Translations under genes and position numbers: made by a program | Shown here: piece by piece, positions 10,477 through 20,724 of the stretch | How positions within the stretch are numbered: the stretch's first letter is position 1 | How the letters are laid out: each line of letters begins with the position of its first letter | Source: Terriglobia bacterium | GTDB taxonomy: Bacteria; Acidobacteriota; Terriglobia; 2-12-FULL-54-10 | Direction of reading: 5' to 3' | NCBI GenBank assembly: GCA_963666975.2 | Contig: CAXVYR010000003.1 | Location: 32,001-96,000 of the forward strand | DNA length: 64,000 nt | The notes under the pieces: model-generated | Told to the model about the DNA's origin: nothing | Seen by the model: only the letters and a program-made list of their open reading frames with translations | The model's database searches: none

Positions 10477-11439
10477 TTACGATTTTGCGTATAGATGAGC
10501 GACAAAGGAGTTATAGCCGTTGTACAGTCGTGTAGGCCGGACCTCCCTTGTGTCGATGATTGTCTCTTTTTCCTGCGACCATTCGGGATGCGGTACCGCG
10601 GGATTCACGTTGGCAAACCAATCGTTTCCCACAGGTGCAAAATCGTTCCAGAAAGTTCCTGGCTTTCTGGAGGTAAACTCGATCTTGACGATTGACTTGA
10701 TGCTCTTGAAGCCATACTTCCAGGGCACCACCAAGCGAATGGGGGCGCCATTCTGCTTAGGAAGCTCATGGCCATATATCCCGGTCACCAGGAAAGATAA
10801 CTCATTCATGGCCTCTGCCATCGTCAAAGCTTCATAGTAAGGCCAGGGGTACCATGTTCTCCCAGAAAAAAGAGGGTTGCTTCTGTTCTGCTCCTTTTGG
10901 TTGGGGGCCTGACTCGGCCGGAAAAAGGTCTCCATCCGGACGTACTTCGCATCCGACTTGGGTTCAACCCGGTCGATGAGGGCCTTCAGGGGAAAGCCGG
11001 TCCACGGGACAGCCATCGACCAAGCCTCCACGCAACGATGGCGATAGAGCCGTTCTTCGAGCGGAATCTGACGGATGAGCTGAGACACATCCAGAGTTTG
11101 CTCCTTTTGGACTTTGCCGGTAATTTTGATCGTCCAGGGCTCTGTCCGGAAACGATCTATCAGCTTCCAAACGTCTTTCTCCTCGGTGAACTCATAAAAG
11201 TTGTTGTAGTGGGCAGTATGCCATTCGGTGGTGATCGGGCGGTCGAGTTTGTACCTAGGGTTCCTTTGCGCTGGGTAGAGGCCGTCGGCTGCTGTCGAAA
11301 AGCGAGGAAGGATTCCGGTGGCTCCAATCGCGGTTATTCCCATCGCCGCCAGAAACTTTCGCCGGTTCAGGAAAATGTGCTCTGGGGTGGCTTCCCGCTC
11401 TGGAATTTCCCAACCTTTGGGGATCTTAAGATAAGCCAC
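10477..11439 (-). CDS. msrP: Methionine sulfoxide reductase catalytic subunit (Tat-exported molybdoenzyme)
   Basis: NRRKFL Tat motif, YNNFYEF, RHRCVEAWSM, NGAPIRLVVPWKYGFKSIKSI; GTG start inferred. Confidence 0.93.
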   Translation of the reverse strand: MAYLKIPKGWEIPEREATPEHIFLNRRKFLAAMGITAIGATGILPRFSTAADGLYPAQRNPRYKLDRPITTEWHTAHYNNFYEFTEEKDVWKLIDRFRTEPWTIKITGKVQKEQTLDVSQLIRQIPLEERLYRHRCVEAWSMAVPWTGFPLKALIDRVEPKSDAKYVRMETFFRPSQAPNQKEQNRSNPLFSGRTWYPWPYYEALTMAEAMNELSFLVTGIYGHELPKQNGAPIRLVVPWKYGFKSIKSIVKIEFTSRKPGTFWNDFAPVGNDWFANVNPAVPHPEWSQEKETIIDTREVRPTRLYNGYNSFVAHLYAKS

Positions 11440-11604
11440 AACCCATCCTCTGCCCTCAAGTATTAGGCCAAGTTGGTGACTTTTGCAACTAAAAAAGATC
11501 GCCAAATGGGCGAGGCTTTTGAAGGTTATATCTGGCTACAACGGGAGCTTTCCACTTGAAGGATCGTTTGTTGCCTGCTATTTTGCAAGAGAAGGAGAGT
11601 TTTC

Positions 11605-12285
11605 ATGTCGAGCACAAATACCTGGCGAACGGTTTGGCTGGCTAGCTTGGCGGTATTGCTCGTTCCCGTTGTAGAGGCACCAGCCTTTCAACTGGGAGCG
11701 CAACCAGTCCAAGAGATGATTGAGCGTGCAGAACGGCTGGAGCGGACCGTCGAGTTTCAGACGGAGGTCGAACTGGTAATCGCGTATCTACAGTTGAAAC
11801 CGGGAGACAAAGTTGCGGATATTGGAGCAGGCGCTGGTGCTTTTTCTTGGCCGCTGGCCCGGGCTGTTGCCCCCACCGGCAAACTTCTGGCCGTCGATAT
11901 CGATTCAGGCCTTCTCGATTACATTGATCGGCGGGCGAAGCGGGAGAAGATAGAAAACATCCAAACAGTCCTCGGCACATTCGACGATCCTAATTTGCCG
12001 ACCCGCCAAGTGGATCTGGCCTTTTTCCACGATGTATTGCACCACATCGAACACCGTGAAGCCTATCTGAAGGCGCTTTCCTCCTATTTGAAACCCAACG
12101 GGCGCATTGCGCTGATCGAGTTGAACCAGAAGGATCCGCAGACTCCTCATCGGGGTCAACCCGAATTGTTGATCAGCAAGGACGAAGTGAAGCAGTGGAT
12201 GGCGGCGGCCGGCTTCCGCCCTGTGAGAGAAATCAACATGTATGGAATGAAGGACAAGTGGTTCATCATATATGTTCGCCGCTGA
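11605..12285 (+). CDS. Class I SAM-dependent methyltransferase with predicted signal peptide
   Basis: VADIGAGAG motif I, AVDID, DVLHH, LKPNGR; hydrophobic N-terminus. Confidence 0.85.
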   Translation: MSSTNTWRTVWLASLAVLLVPVVEAPAFQLGAQPVQEMIERAERLERTVEFQTEVELVIAYLQLKPGDKVADIGAGAGAFSWPLARAVAPTGKLLAVDIDSGLLDYIDRRAKREKIENIQTVLGTFDDPNLPTRQVDLAFFHDVLHHIEHREAYLKALSSYLKPNGRIALIELNQKDPQTPHRGQPELLISKDEVKQWMAAAGFRPVREINMYGMKDKWFIIYVRR

Positions 12286-12497
12286 CACACGGATAGGCTG
12301 CTTTCCTGCTCCGCCAATAAGCTAGGCTTTCCATGTGTGACAGGTGGATCAACTGCCGCCCTGCTTCCGCTCCTTTCCAGTGGTCTTGGTCCACTGCCTG
12401 CAACATCTTCAGCCACTTCCGTGCGTTTCTCTCCTGTCGGTTCCGATGAAGCAGGACATTTCAACTTGGAATAACCTAATTCAGCCAAAAAAAGTCC

Positions 12498-13911
12498 TGT
12501 TGTTAGTAAGTTAAAATGTCCGGTATTGGTAGCAAGTGAAATGTCCGGTTTCATGATCCGACCGAAAGTGGTTTGGCGCTGACCGAAGGAGCCCGTAGGG
12601 CGACTGAGGTTAGCGCCGCATGGTGTTGTCGGGAAGCCACAGGGCTCCGCCGCCGACCGCCGCACCGGACCGCTACCCCCTCGGAGGAGTACCGGCCCAC
12701 TGTGTGCGGTCCGTAGCCAACGCTGAGAGTATCATCGAGGTGTTCATAGACCGTCACCCGGCAGCCCGCCAGAGTTCCGCGCCAGGGAGTTTTCTCGATT
12801 TGGAGAATCCGATTCTCCAGGCTAACCGTATTGTCCTGATTCACCACCCGTTCGTGCTGGATCGAGAAGATTCGGTCTAACTCCCGTCTGGCTGACGGCA
12901 AAAAGGCGCTGCCCGGTTGGGTGGCCGGCACGGCAAAGCGCCGATTGAACTCCCCCATATAACTCTCCCGCAGGAACCGATTCGCTGCCTCGACCGTAGT
13001 GATCCCCCGCAGGCGCAGTTCCTGCGGCAGCCGCCCCTGCCAGGTCCCGAAGTTCCGCTCGCTCCGACCCCGCGCCTGCGGCGAATAGGCCGGGATCATC
13101 TGGATTCCCAGCTCCCGCAACGCTCGCCCCACCTGGGTGAGCCATTGCCGATCCACCGGCTCGCCCGCCTTCCGGGTCAGGAAGAAATGGCTGGCCCGGT
13201 CGCTGTACAGGGCGCAGAACAGACCCCATTGCTGCACCACCTCCCGTAAGGCCGCTAGCACGGTCCGCGTCGATTCCTGCTCTACCAGTTGCGCATAGTA
13301 AATCTCGCTGGTGGCATCATCCAGGACCACCAGCAGGTCATACCAGCGATCATCGCAGAACCAGCGATGGCGGCTCCCGTCCAGATGCAACAGCATCCCC
13401 GGCAACGACCGCCGAGGTCGTCGCTTCCGATGCTTCCCCCGCTTCCGCCGTTTCGCCACCAGCCCCGCCCCTTGCAAGGCCAGCTTCACCCAGGTGTAAC
13501 TGAGTCGCAGGCCGTGCTCCTCCCGCAGCTTCTCGTGAAAGTGCCGCACGTTGAAGTCAAAGTACTTCTCCCCATACAGCCCCAGCACCCGCTCCACCAC
13601 GGCCAGCGGCACCCGCCGGGGACTGGGTTTCCCCCGCCGCCGGTCATAGAGCCCGTCGTAGCCGTACTGCTCGTAACGCTCGCGCCACCGCCGCATCTGC
13701 CGGTCGCTGATCCCGATGATCTCGGCTGCCTGCCACCAACTGATCCGCTTCGCCATCGCTCGCAAAATTACTTCTTGTATCTTCATCGCCCGCTCCATCG
13801 CGGCTTCCGAGTAGAACTTCATGCCACCTCCTGGCAAAAAGCTCTACCCTACACCGCCCCAAGCGGACAGTTCACATGTTAATTAGACCGGACATATCAT
13901 GTGCTAACGCA
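12498..13911 (-). mobile_element. IS1202-family (ISNCY) element; transposase 12551-13822
   Basis: HLDGS, LYSDR, QARGRSER; repeated ATGTCCGG subterminal motifs; 15-bp TSD AGCCAAAAAAAGTCC (12483-12497, 13912-13926). Confidence 0.9.
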
Positions 13912-13926
13912 AGCCAAAAAAAGTCC

Positions 13927-13955
13927 TTGACAGACCTTTGCAGCAAGTATAGAAG
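13927..13955 (+). promoter_or_regulatory. Possible promoter of the TonB operon
   Basis: TTGACA after an A-tract; -10 only approximate (TATAGA/TAGAAG). Confidence 0.35.
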
Positions 13956-14094
13956 AGTTACTAGATACGCAATTTTCAAGAAAGTTTAGTTGCTGATGGG
14001 GGTAAATGCAGATTAAGCCCTTACCAATATTAAAGCTAAGACGAAATCAGTAGTTGGCTTTCCTGCCAACTCTATTATATGAGGAGGATGAACG

Positions 14095-17000
14095 ATGGGC
14101 TGCAATCAAGGATTTTTCCAAGGGTGGAGAGTTCTCAGGTTGCCGGAAGGTAAAACGGCCTCAGGAGCGGCGTTGAGAGGATCTTGTTTAGGGGCTTTGC
14201 TGGGCGTTCTGTTGTTTGCGATGGCACCCCTCGTTTGGGGGCAACTGGCGACCGGCTCTATTTCCGGCACGGTGGAGGACCCCACGGGGGCGGTCACGCC
14301 CGGGGTGCAGATCACGGTCCGCAACGTGGAAACCGGGATTACCCGGACGGTCGAGACCGGGCCGGCCGGCCGCTATCTGGTCACGAACCTGGCTCCTGGC
14401 AGTTATGCGGTAGAAGCGCAACTGACCGGCTTCCAGACCGAGGTGCGCCAAGGAATCACCCTCACAATAGGCCGGGAAGCCGTGATCGATCTCACCCTGA
14501 GCGTGGGACAGGTGCAAGAGCAGGTGGTGGTGACGGCGGAGGCCCCCTTGGTGGATACCACCAGCTCGGCCGTGTCGGGCCTGGTGGATCAGCAGCAAGT
14601 CCAGGGCTTGCCGCTGAACGGGCGCAGCCTGACGCAATTGACCACCTTGCAACCCGGGGTGCTTCTCTATCGGTCTAGGAGCACATGCACCGGCGTGGGA
14701 GAGAATATTATCATCAATGGAGCCCGTGCCCGGCAGATCAACTTTCTGTTGAACGGGACCAGTACCCTGAACTTTTTTGGCAAGTCCCCGGGCGGAATTT
14801 CGGGCCACCAGTTGGGCGTGGAAGGGGTCCGGGAGTTCACCGTGCTGAGCAGCAGCTACAGCGCTGAGTTCGGGCGCAGCGCCGGCGGGGTGGTCAACGC
14901 GGTTACCAAGTCGGGGACCAATACCCTGCATGGTTCTGTGTTTGATTACTTGCGGAACGACAATCTGGACGCGGCGCAGTGGGAGGACAACACGTTTAAC
15001 GACGGGGTCCAGCCGCCATTCGTGCGGAACCAGTTTGGGGCCAGCGTGGGCGGTCCCATCCGGCGCGACCAAACGTTTTTCTTCGCTACCGCGGAGTTTT
15101 TGCGGGAACGACTCGGCCAAACGTTGACTGACCGTTTCCCGACCGCGAACTCCCGGGCGGGCATTCTGCCGGACGGGAGCACCATCGAGGTGGCCGAGTC
15201 AATCAAACCGTATCTGGCTTTGCTACCGGTCCCGGACGATCGGTTTGATTTGGGCGATGGGTATGGGCGCCACGTAGCCTCCCTCACGCGGCCCACGGAT
15301 CAGAGCTATGTCAACTTCAGAATCGACCACCATTACTCCGATTCGCAATCCCTGTTTGGCAGCTATGTACTTGACGATTCGGACCGATTCTCGCCGCGCG
15401 CCGACGAACTCACGGCGCAATCGAATCCTTACCGCAATCAATACGCGACGCTGCAATGGGACAGCATCCTCTCCCCGACCATGCTCAACACGGCGCACGT
15501 TGGGTTCAATCGCTCCGAGGCCAATGACATCCCGACCTGTGAGGATTCTTTGCGGGCGCTCAACTTCATTCCCGGCACTGAGTTTTGTTCCCGCGGGGGG
15601 ATTACAGGCACGGGGGGCTTCTTCGGGCCCAGGGTTTTTATCCTCAACTCGTTCCAGTACTCCGATACGCTTTCCTGGACGCGAGGGATGCACTCCATCA
15701 AGCTCGGCGCTCGCTACGAACGCCATCAGGTCAACGGGACGGGTGGCATCTTTCCCGGCGGATGGATGGTCATGGCACCCGGTATTGAGAGGGAAATGAG
15801 GGGGCTGGTGAGCTTTTTTCAGGCTCCCCGGCCCGACGTGGATATAAATCGGGGGTTGAGGCAGAACTTCTATGCTTTCTTCGTGAACAACTCCATGCGG
15901 CTGATGCCCAATCTGACGGTGAACCTGGGCCTGCGTTACGAATTCATCACCCCCCCCACCGAGGTGAATGGGAAGTTGTCCAACCTGGACTCGGTGACTT
16001 CGCCGGAAGTGCGCATAGGAGAACCCTACTTCGAAAACCCGTCGCTGTGGAACTTCAGTCCTCGAGTGGGGATTGCGTGGGCTCCCGGAGGAAGCCAGAA
16101 CACCTCCGTTCGGGCCGGCTTTGGGATCTATTATGATCAACTGCTCCACCATACCTGGCTCGATGGACCCTTTCTGGCGCCCCCCTTCTATAGCGAAGCC
16201 CGTGTCTCTTCGGATCGCTCTTTTGCGCCTGGCAGCTTTCAGGTTCCCTTCCCCAACGCCTTCGATCTGTTTCTGGCGAACGACCCACGGGTAAGAACCG
16301 GGGGGTACCTGTTCTTCATTCAAGGGAATCCCCCACAGCCGTACACGCTCCAGTACAACTTCATGGTGCAACATCAACTGCCGGGACAATTGGTGGTGCA
16401 GGCAGCCTATGTGGGTACCGGGGGACGCAAATTGCCGCGCCTGATAGACAACACGGCTACTCCAACCACCCTCTCCGATGGCAGGCTCTTCTTTCCGGAA
16501 GATTCCGTCCGTCGGAACCCCAATTTTTCCGAGATACGCGCGAAGCAGTTTGATACGGTCAGCTCCTACAACGCGCTGCAGTTGGCGGCCCGGCGGCGGT
16601 TTGCGCGGGGGGCCGGCTTCCAGTTGTCTTACACCTGGTCCAAATCGATTGACATGATGTCGGATTTCCATGGCGCGGGCGATATCATTAACGATACGTT
16701 TTTCGGCACGTTGCCGGAATTGCCCGCATTCGACAAGGGGCGTTCGGCCTTTGATCGCCGGCATAATTTTGTCGGCAACTTTGCCGTGGACCTTCCGTTC
16801 GCGAGGAACCTGGAGGGGGCAGCGGCAAAACTGTTGGATGGTTGGCAGGTGCAGAGCATCCTGACGCTGCAAAGCGGCCTGTCGACGACGGCATTGCTTG
16901 ACACCAGGCGGCTTGGCTCGGGGTATACCCGCACCCGGTCCACCCGGGTTGGGGTGCGGCCGGACCTCGCCCCTGGGTTCACCGCTGAGAGTGTGGTGCT

Positions 17001-17355
17001 GGGAACGCCGAGCGAAAGCAACGATCCCCAGCATCGTTACCTGAACACCGCCGGGTTTGCCTTGCCTGCAGCAGGGTTCTTGGGGACTTTGGGACGCAAC
17101 ATCATCGATGGCCCGGGCCTCGCAACCTTTGACTTTTCCTTGATTAAGAGCACCGCGATCACGGAGAGGGTCAATCTGGAGTTTCGCACCGAGTTCTTCA
17201 ACCTGTTCAACCGGCCCAATTATTCTTCTCCCGCACAGACCGTGTTTAGAGGGGAACAAGACGGGACGGGCATACTGGACGGCAATTTCAGCACCATCAC
17301 CACTACCGTCAGCAGCGCCCGGCAAATCCAGTTGGCGCTGAAGCTCACGTTCTGA
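14095..17355 (+). CDS. TonB-dependent receptor (Oar-like, carboxypeptidase-regulatory N-domain)
   Basis: GSISGTVEDPTGA, LPLNGR, YSAEFGRSAGGVVNAVTKSGTN, NFSPRVG, C-terminal RQIQLALKLTF. Confidence 0.93.
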   Translation: MGCNQGFFQGWRVLRLPEGKTASGAALRGSCLGALLGVLLFAMAPLVWGQLATGSISGTVEDPTGAVTPGVQITVRNVETGITRTVETGPAGRYLVTNLAPGSYAVEAQLTGFQTEVRQGITLTIGREAVIDLTLSVGQVQEQVVVTAEAPLVDTTSSAVSGLVDQQQVQGLPLNGRSLTQLTTLQPGVLLYRSRSTCTGVGENIIINGARARQINFLLNGTSTLNFFGKSPGGISGHQLGVEGVREFTVLSSSYSAEFGRSAGGVVNAVTKSGTNTLHGSVFDYLRNDNLDAAQWEDNTFNDGVQPPFVRNQFGASVGGPIRRDQTFFFATAEFLRERLGQTLTDRFPTANSRAGILPDGSTIEVAESIKPYLALLPVPDDRFDLGDGYGRHVASLTRPTDQSYVNFRIDHHYSDSQSLFGSYVLDDSDRFSPRADELTAQSNPYRNQYATLQWDSILSPTMLNTAHVGFNRSEANDIPTCEDSLRALNFIPGTEFCSRGGITGTGGFFGPRVFILNSFQYSDTLSWTRGMHSIKLGARYERHQVNGTGGIFPGGWMVMAPGIEREMRGLVSFFQAPRPDVDINRGLRQNFYAFFVNNSMRLMPNLTVNLGLRYEFITPPTEVNGKLSNLDSVTSPEVRIGEPYFENPSLWNFSPRVGIAWAPGGSQNTSVRAGFGIYYDQLLHHTWLDGPFLAPPFYSEARVSSDRSFAPGSFQVPFPNAFDLFLANDPRVRTGGYLFFIQGNPPQPYTLQYNFMVQHQLPGQLVVQAAYVGTGGRKLPRLIDNTATPTTLSDGRLFFPEDSVRRNPNFSEIRAKQFDTVSSYNALQLAARRRFARGAGFQLSYTWSKSIDMMSDFHGAGDIINDTFFGTLPELPAFDKGRSAFDRRHNFVGNFAVDLPFARNLEGAAAKLLDGWQVQSILTLQSGLSTTALLDTRRLGSGYTRTRSTRVGVRPDLAPGFTAESVVLGTPSESNDPQHRYLNTAGFALPAAGFLGTLGRNIIDGPGLATFDFSLIKSTAITERVNLEFRTEFFNLFNRPNYSSPAQTVFRGEQDGTGILDGNFSTITTTVSSARQIQLALKLTF

Positions 17356-17410
17356 GGGTGAGCCACCGATAACTTGACAGAATTTCAAAATCCAAGGGAG
17401 AGATCTTGCA

Positions 17411-18895
17411 ATGCGAGCCATGATTGTCTCCTCGGCATTGCCGGGGGTAGTTTTCGTTCTGTTGATTGCAGTTGCACAACCAACCTTGCAAGGGCAGCAG
17501 ATCACCTATAGGCCAGGGCAATATCCGGCACCCCGTTATCCCCAAGCACTCAAAAACCCCATGGTCGAGGATTTGATGCCTATCGCCCGGCAAATTGTGA
17601 AACGACCGGATAGCGGTCAGATGTTCTATCCCGGTTATGACATCAAACCGGGTGAAAGAGTTTTGATTGCCGTGGCACGGCATTTTAATCCCGTTGTTTT
17701 GGAAGCCATTACCCGCGCCATCCGGGAAGCGGGAGCCAAAGTGGATGTAATGATGGGCAGCGACGCCTATTTGCCCGGCGGGGATGGGGCCACCGAATGG
17801 GAGTACTTCACTTTCATGAAGGCTATCATGAGTGCGCAGGCAGGTGGTATCCCGCAAGAGACCATCATTGCCATGACTCTGGCGGGAAAATACGACCTGG
17901 CCATTTCGGGCATGGGAGGAGGGATTCCTCCCCATCCCCGCGATAAGATGCGCTGGGCTTATATTCCCTGGGATTTGGCGGATATGTTTTACGTTCACGG
18001 AGCTGGCATACCGGCTGACCTATTGAAGTTCATTGACAGCAAGGCCTGGGAATCCCTCTCCAGTGCTGTACAGATCCATGCGACGGATCCGGAAGGCACC
18101 GACATTACCTGGTCGCCGAAAGGCGCTGACTGGCAGGTTCCCGGAAGGCATAATCCCGGGCATCTGTCCTCTCATCCTGGGCGATCTGGAGCTACCGGTG
18201 TGCTGGCAGGCACCTGGAACCACGTAGGACCCTTTCCCCACATCCGCGTTTCCTTCAACAATGATCGCATGGAAGGCATCGAAGGTGGGGGAAGCTACGG
18301 GCAAAAGTGGCGGGCCATTCGGGGTGAGTGGAAAAACGTGAGTGTGCCTACCAAGCCAGGTGCGGGTCTCTTTACCTGGTTGCAGGAGGCCTCGGTCGGA
18401 ACAAACCCAAAATCTCTGCGACCGAAGGCCGCTTTGGACATTGCGATGGGAAACATCTGGGAGAGGACCCGTTCGGGAGTCATGCATTGGGGAATTGGCG
18501 GGGGACACAGCGAGGAAACCGGGATGGCTACGACATCAAACAACTTCGCACTGGCTAACCCAACCCTCGGGGATTCACCATTGACAGAATTCTACGAGGC
18601 ACACCCGGACACACCGACCGGCCACGTCCACATCCACAACTACTTCATCACCATGGAGCTCACCAATGCCGATGGGAGCAAGACTACCTTGATCCACAAG
18701 GGACGCCTCACCGCTCTGGATGATCCACAGGTGCGGCAGGAGGCAGCCAAGTATGGCGACCCGGATAAGCTCCTGCAAGAAAACTGGATTCCGGCTATTC
18801 CCGGCATTAACATACCGGGAGACTATCAGAAAGATTACGCTGGCGACCCGGCGGCATGGATCCGCAAGGACTTAGCGACTAACTGGAAATACTGA
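17411..18895 (+). CDS. Exported M29/NicX-fold-like metalloprotein, type A1
   Basis: Signal peptide; KPGERVLI, DPEGTDITW, IEGGG, EASVGTNPK, ERTRSGVMHWG, HVHIH. Fold inferred from motif order. Confidence 0.65.
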   Translation: MRAMIVSSALPGVVFVLLIAVAQPTLQGQQITYRPGQYPAPRYPQALKNPMVEDLMPIARQIVKRPDSGQMFYPGYDIKPGERVLIAVARHFNPVVLEAITRAIREAGAKVDVMMGSDAYLPGGDGATEWEYFTFMKAIMSAQAGGIPQETIIAMTLAGKYDLAISGMGGGIPPHPRDKMRWAYIPWDLADMFYVHGAGIPADLLKFIDSKAWESLSSAVQIHATDPEGTDITWSPKGADWQVPGRHNPGHLSSHPGRSGATGVLAGTWNHVGPFPHIRVSFNNDRMEGIEGGGSYGQKWRAIRGEWKNVSVPTKPGAGLFTWLQEASVGTNPKSLRPKAALDIAMGNIWERTRSGVMHWGIGGGHSEETGMATTSNNFALANPTLGDSPLTEFYEAHPDTPTGHVHIHNYFITMELTNADGSKTTLIHKGRLTALDDPQVRQEAAKYGDPDKLLQENWIPAIPGINIPGDYQKDYAGDPAAWIRKDLATNWKY

Positions 18896-18957
18896 AGGCA
18901 GCAAGGCTTCGGGAAAGGGACCGTCAAGAAGAAGAAATGGAAAAAGGAGGAAAAGCC

Positions 18958-20409
18958 ATGGTAGCCGGTGCCAAGGGGATGTTTCTGTTCTTTTTGATTG
19001 CGCTTGCCGGACCGCTTCTATACTCGCAACAGAGAACGTACCAGCCGGGGGAATATCCGACTCCCCGCTACCCGAAGATTCCGAAGAATCCCACCATAGA
19101 GGACCTGATGCCGACAGCCCGAGCCATTATAAGGCGAGGTGACATCGGGGCCATGTTCTATCCCGGTTATGCCATTAAACCGGGCGAGAGGGCTCTGATG
19201 GCGGTGCCCCGAGATTTTGACCCGCTGGTGATCGAGGCCCTCGGGCGCGCCATCCGAGAAGCGGGAGCTAAGCTCGACTTGATCCTGGGAAACGAACCGT
19301 ATCTGCCCGGCGGAGACGGAGCGACGGAGTTTGAGTACTTCACCCAGATGAAAGACATCATGGCCGCGCAAGCGGGCGGCATCGAACAAGCTACTATCGT
19401 GGCGATGACTTTGGCTGGCAAATATGACATCGCCATTTCCGGCATGGGGGGAGGGATACCAGCCCATCCCCGTGACAAGATGCGCTGGGCATACATGCCC
19501 TGGGATATGGTCGACCAGTTTCTTGTGCACGGAGCGAGCATCCCGCCGGAGTTGCTGAAGTTTATTGACGATGTGGCCTGGAATACGCTGATTCAGGCAG
19601 TCCATATCCACGCCACGGATCCAGAGGGCACAGATATCAGTTGGCCTGCCACGCCGGAGGACTGGGAGAGCCCTGGGCGCCATACGCCGGGCCATTTCAT
19701 GTCTCATCCATTGATTGATCTGCAGGGGATACCGGGCGCTACCGGAGTGGTTGCAGGGACATGGAACCACACGGGGCCTCACCCCCACATCCGGCTTTCC
19801 TTCAAGAATGATCGGCTTGAGGGGATCGAAGGCGGGGGTGCCTATGGACAGAAGTGGCGTGGTATTCGAGATCAGTGGAAGGATGTGAAATGGTCTGGAA
19901 AGAAAGGTTCGGGACTGTTTAATTATTTGTTTGAAGCCTCGATCGGGACGAATCCGAAATCGGCCCGTCCCAAGGGAGCCCTGGAGCGCGCCATGGGCAA
20001 TATCTGGGAAAGGACCCGTGCGGGGGTTATCCACTGGGGGATCGGCGGTGATTCTAAAATGATCGACTTCTTTCCGAGCGATTCGGGCGATCCCGCTGTC
20101 GCCAAGTACTTCCAAGAGAATCCGGATACACCAACTGGCCACGTCCATGTGCACAACTACTTTCTGACGATGGTGCTCACCAACGCCGACGGAAGCAAGA
20201 CCACCTTCGTCGACAAAGGCCGTTTGACGGCGCTGGACGATCCCAGGGTTCGCCAAGAGGCCGCCAAGTATGGGGACCCGGATGAGCTGCTGGGGGAGAC
20301 CTGGATTCCGGCCATTCCCGGGATTAACGTGCCCGGAGATTACCGCAAGGACTATGCCGGCGATCCGGCCGCCTATGTCCGCAAGAACCTGGCGAACTGG
20401 CCATACTAA
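18958..20409 (+). CDS. Exported M29/NicX-fold-like metalloprotein, type A2
   Basis: Close paralog of A1 with the same motifs; GGAGG RBS. Confidence 0.65.
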   Translation: MVAGAKGMFLFFLIALAGPLLYSQQRTYQPGEYPTPRYPKIPKNPTIEDLMPTARAIIRRGDIGAMFYPGYAIKPGERALMAVPRDFDPLVIEALGRAIREAGAKLDLILGNEPYLPGGDGATEFEYFTQMKDIMAAQAGGIEQATIVAMTLAGKYDIAISGMGGGIPAHPRDKMRWAYMPWDMVDQFLVHGASIPPELLKFIDDVAWNTLIQAVHIHATDPEGTDISWPATPEDWESPGRHTPGHFMSHPLIDLQGIPGATGVVAGTWNHTGPHPHIRLSFKNDRLEGIEGGGAYGQKWRGIRDQWKDVKWSGKKGSGLFNYLFEASIGTNPKSARPKGALERAMGNIWERTRAGVIHWGIGGDSKMIDFFPSDSGDPAVAKYFQENPDTPTGHVHVHNYFLTMVLTNADGSKTTFVDKGRLTALDDPRVRQEAAKYGDPDELLGETWIPAIPGINVPGDYRKDYAGDPAAYVRKNLANWPY

Positions 20410-20439
20410 GTGCAGTATCGGTTCTTCGCGGCAAACCGT

Positions 20440-20615
20440 TCCGGCCTAAATGTTCACGTATTCATCCAGTGGGGTCCGTCCAGACAAGAGGGTCTGGGAG
20501 GCGATCCGGCAGGCCTGGGCCGAAAAGGGTGCGGAGATCCAAGCAGGCACCTACGAGTACATCGTAGAGGATTTCTCGTTTGACGTTTTGTGGGAGCGCT
20601 CGGTTCTGGCCGCCT
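20440..20615 (+). pseudogene. Internally deleted seventh paralog (type B)
   Basis: VHVFIQWG / VWEAIRQAWAEKG joined directly to the C-terminal IQAGTYEYIVEDFS. Confidence 0.75.
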
Positions 20616-20724
20616 GTGAAGAGCTTGCGACCGATAGCGAATGAAATGTCGTATAGCAAGGTGGTGAGACCATCGGAATTTGTTTTTGCTACGGTGACGG
20701 TCAATGGGAAGAAAAGAGGAAACT

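Noticed and set aside
15223-17505. 760-aa minus-strand ORF and similar long antisense ORFs (19018-20256, 26066-27178, 51436-53088)
   Set aside because: Shadows of real genes in GC-rich DNA, with no motifs
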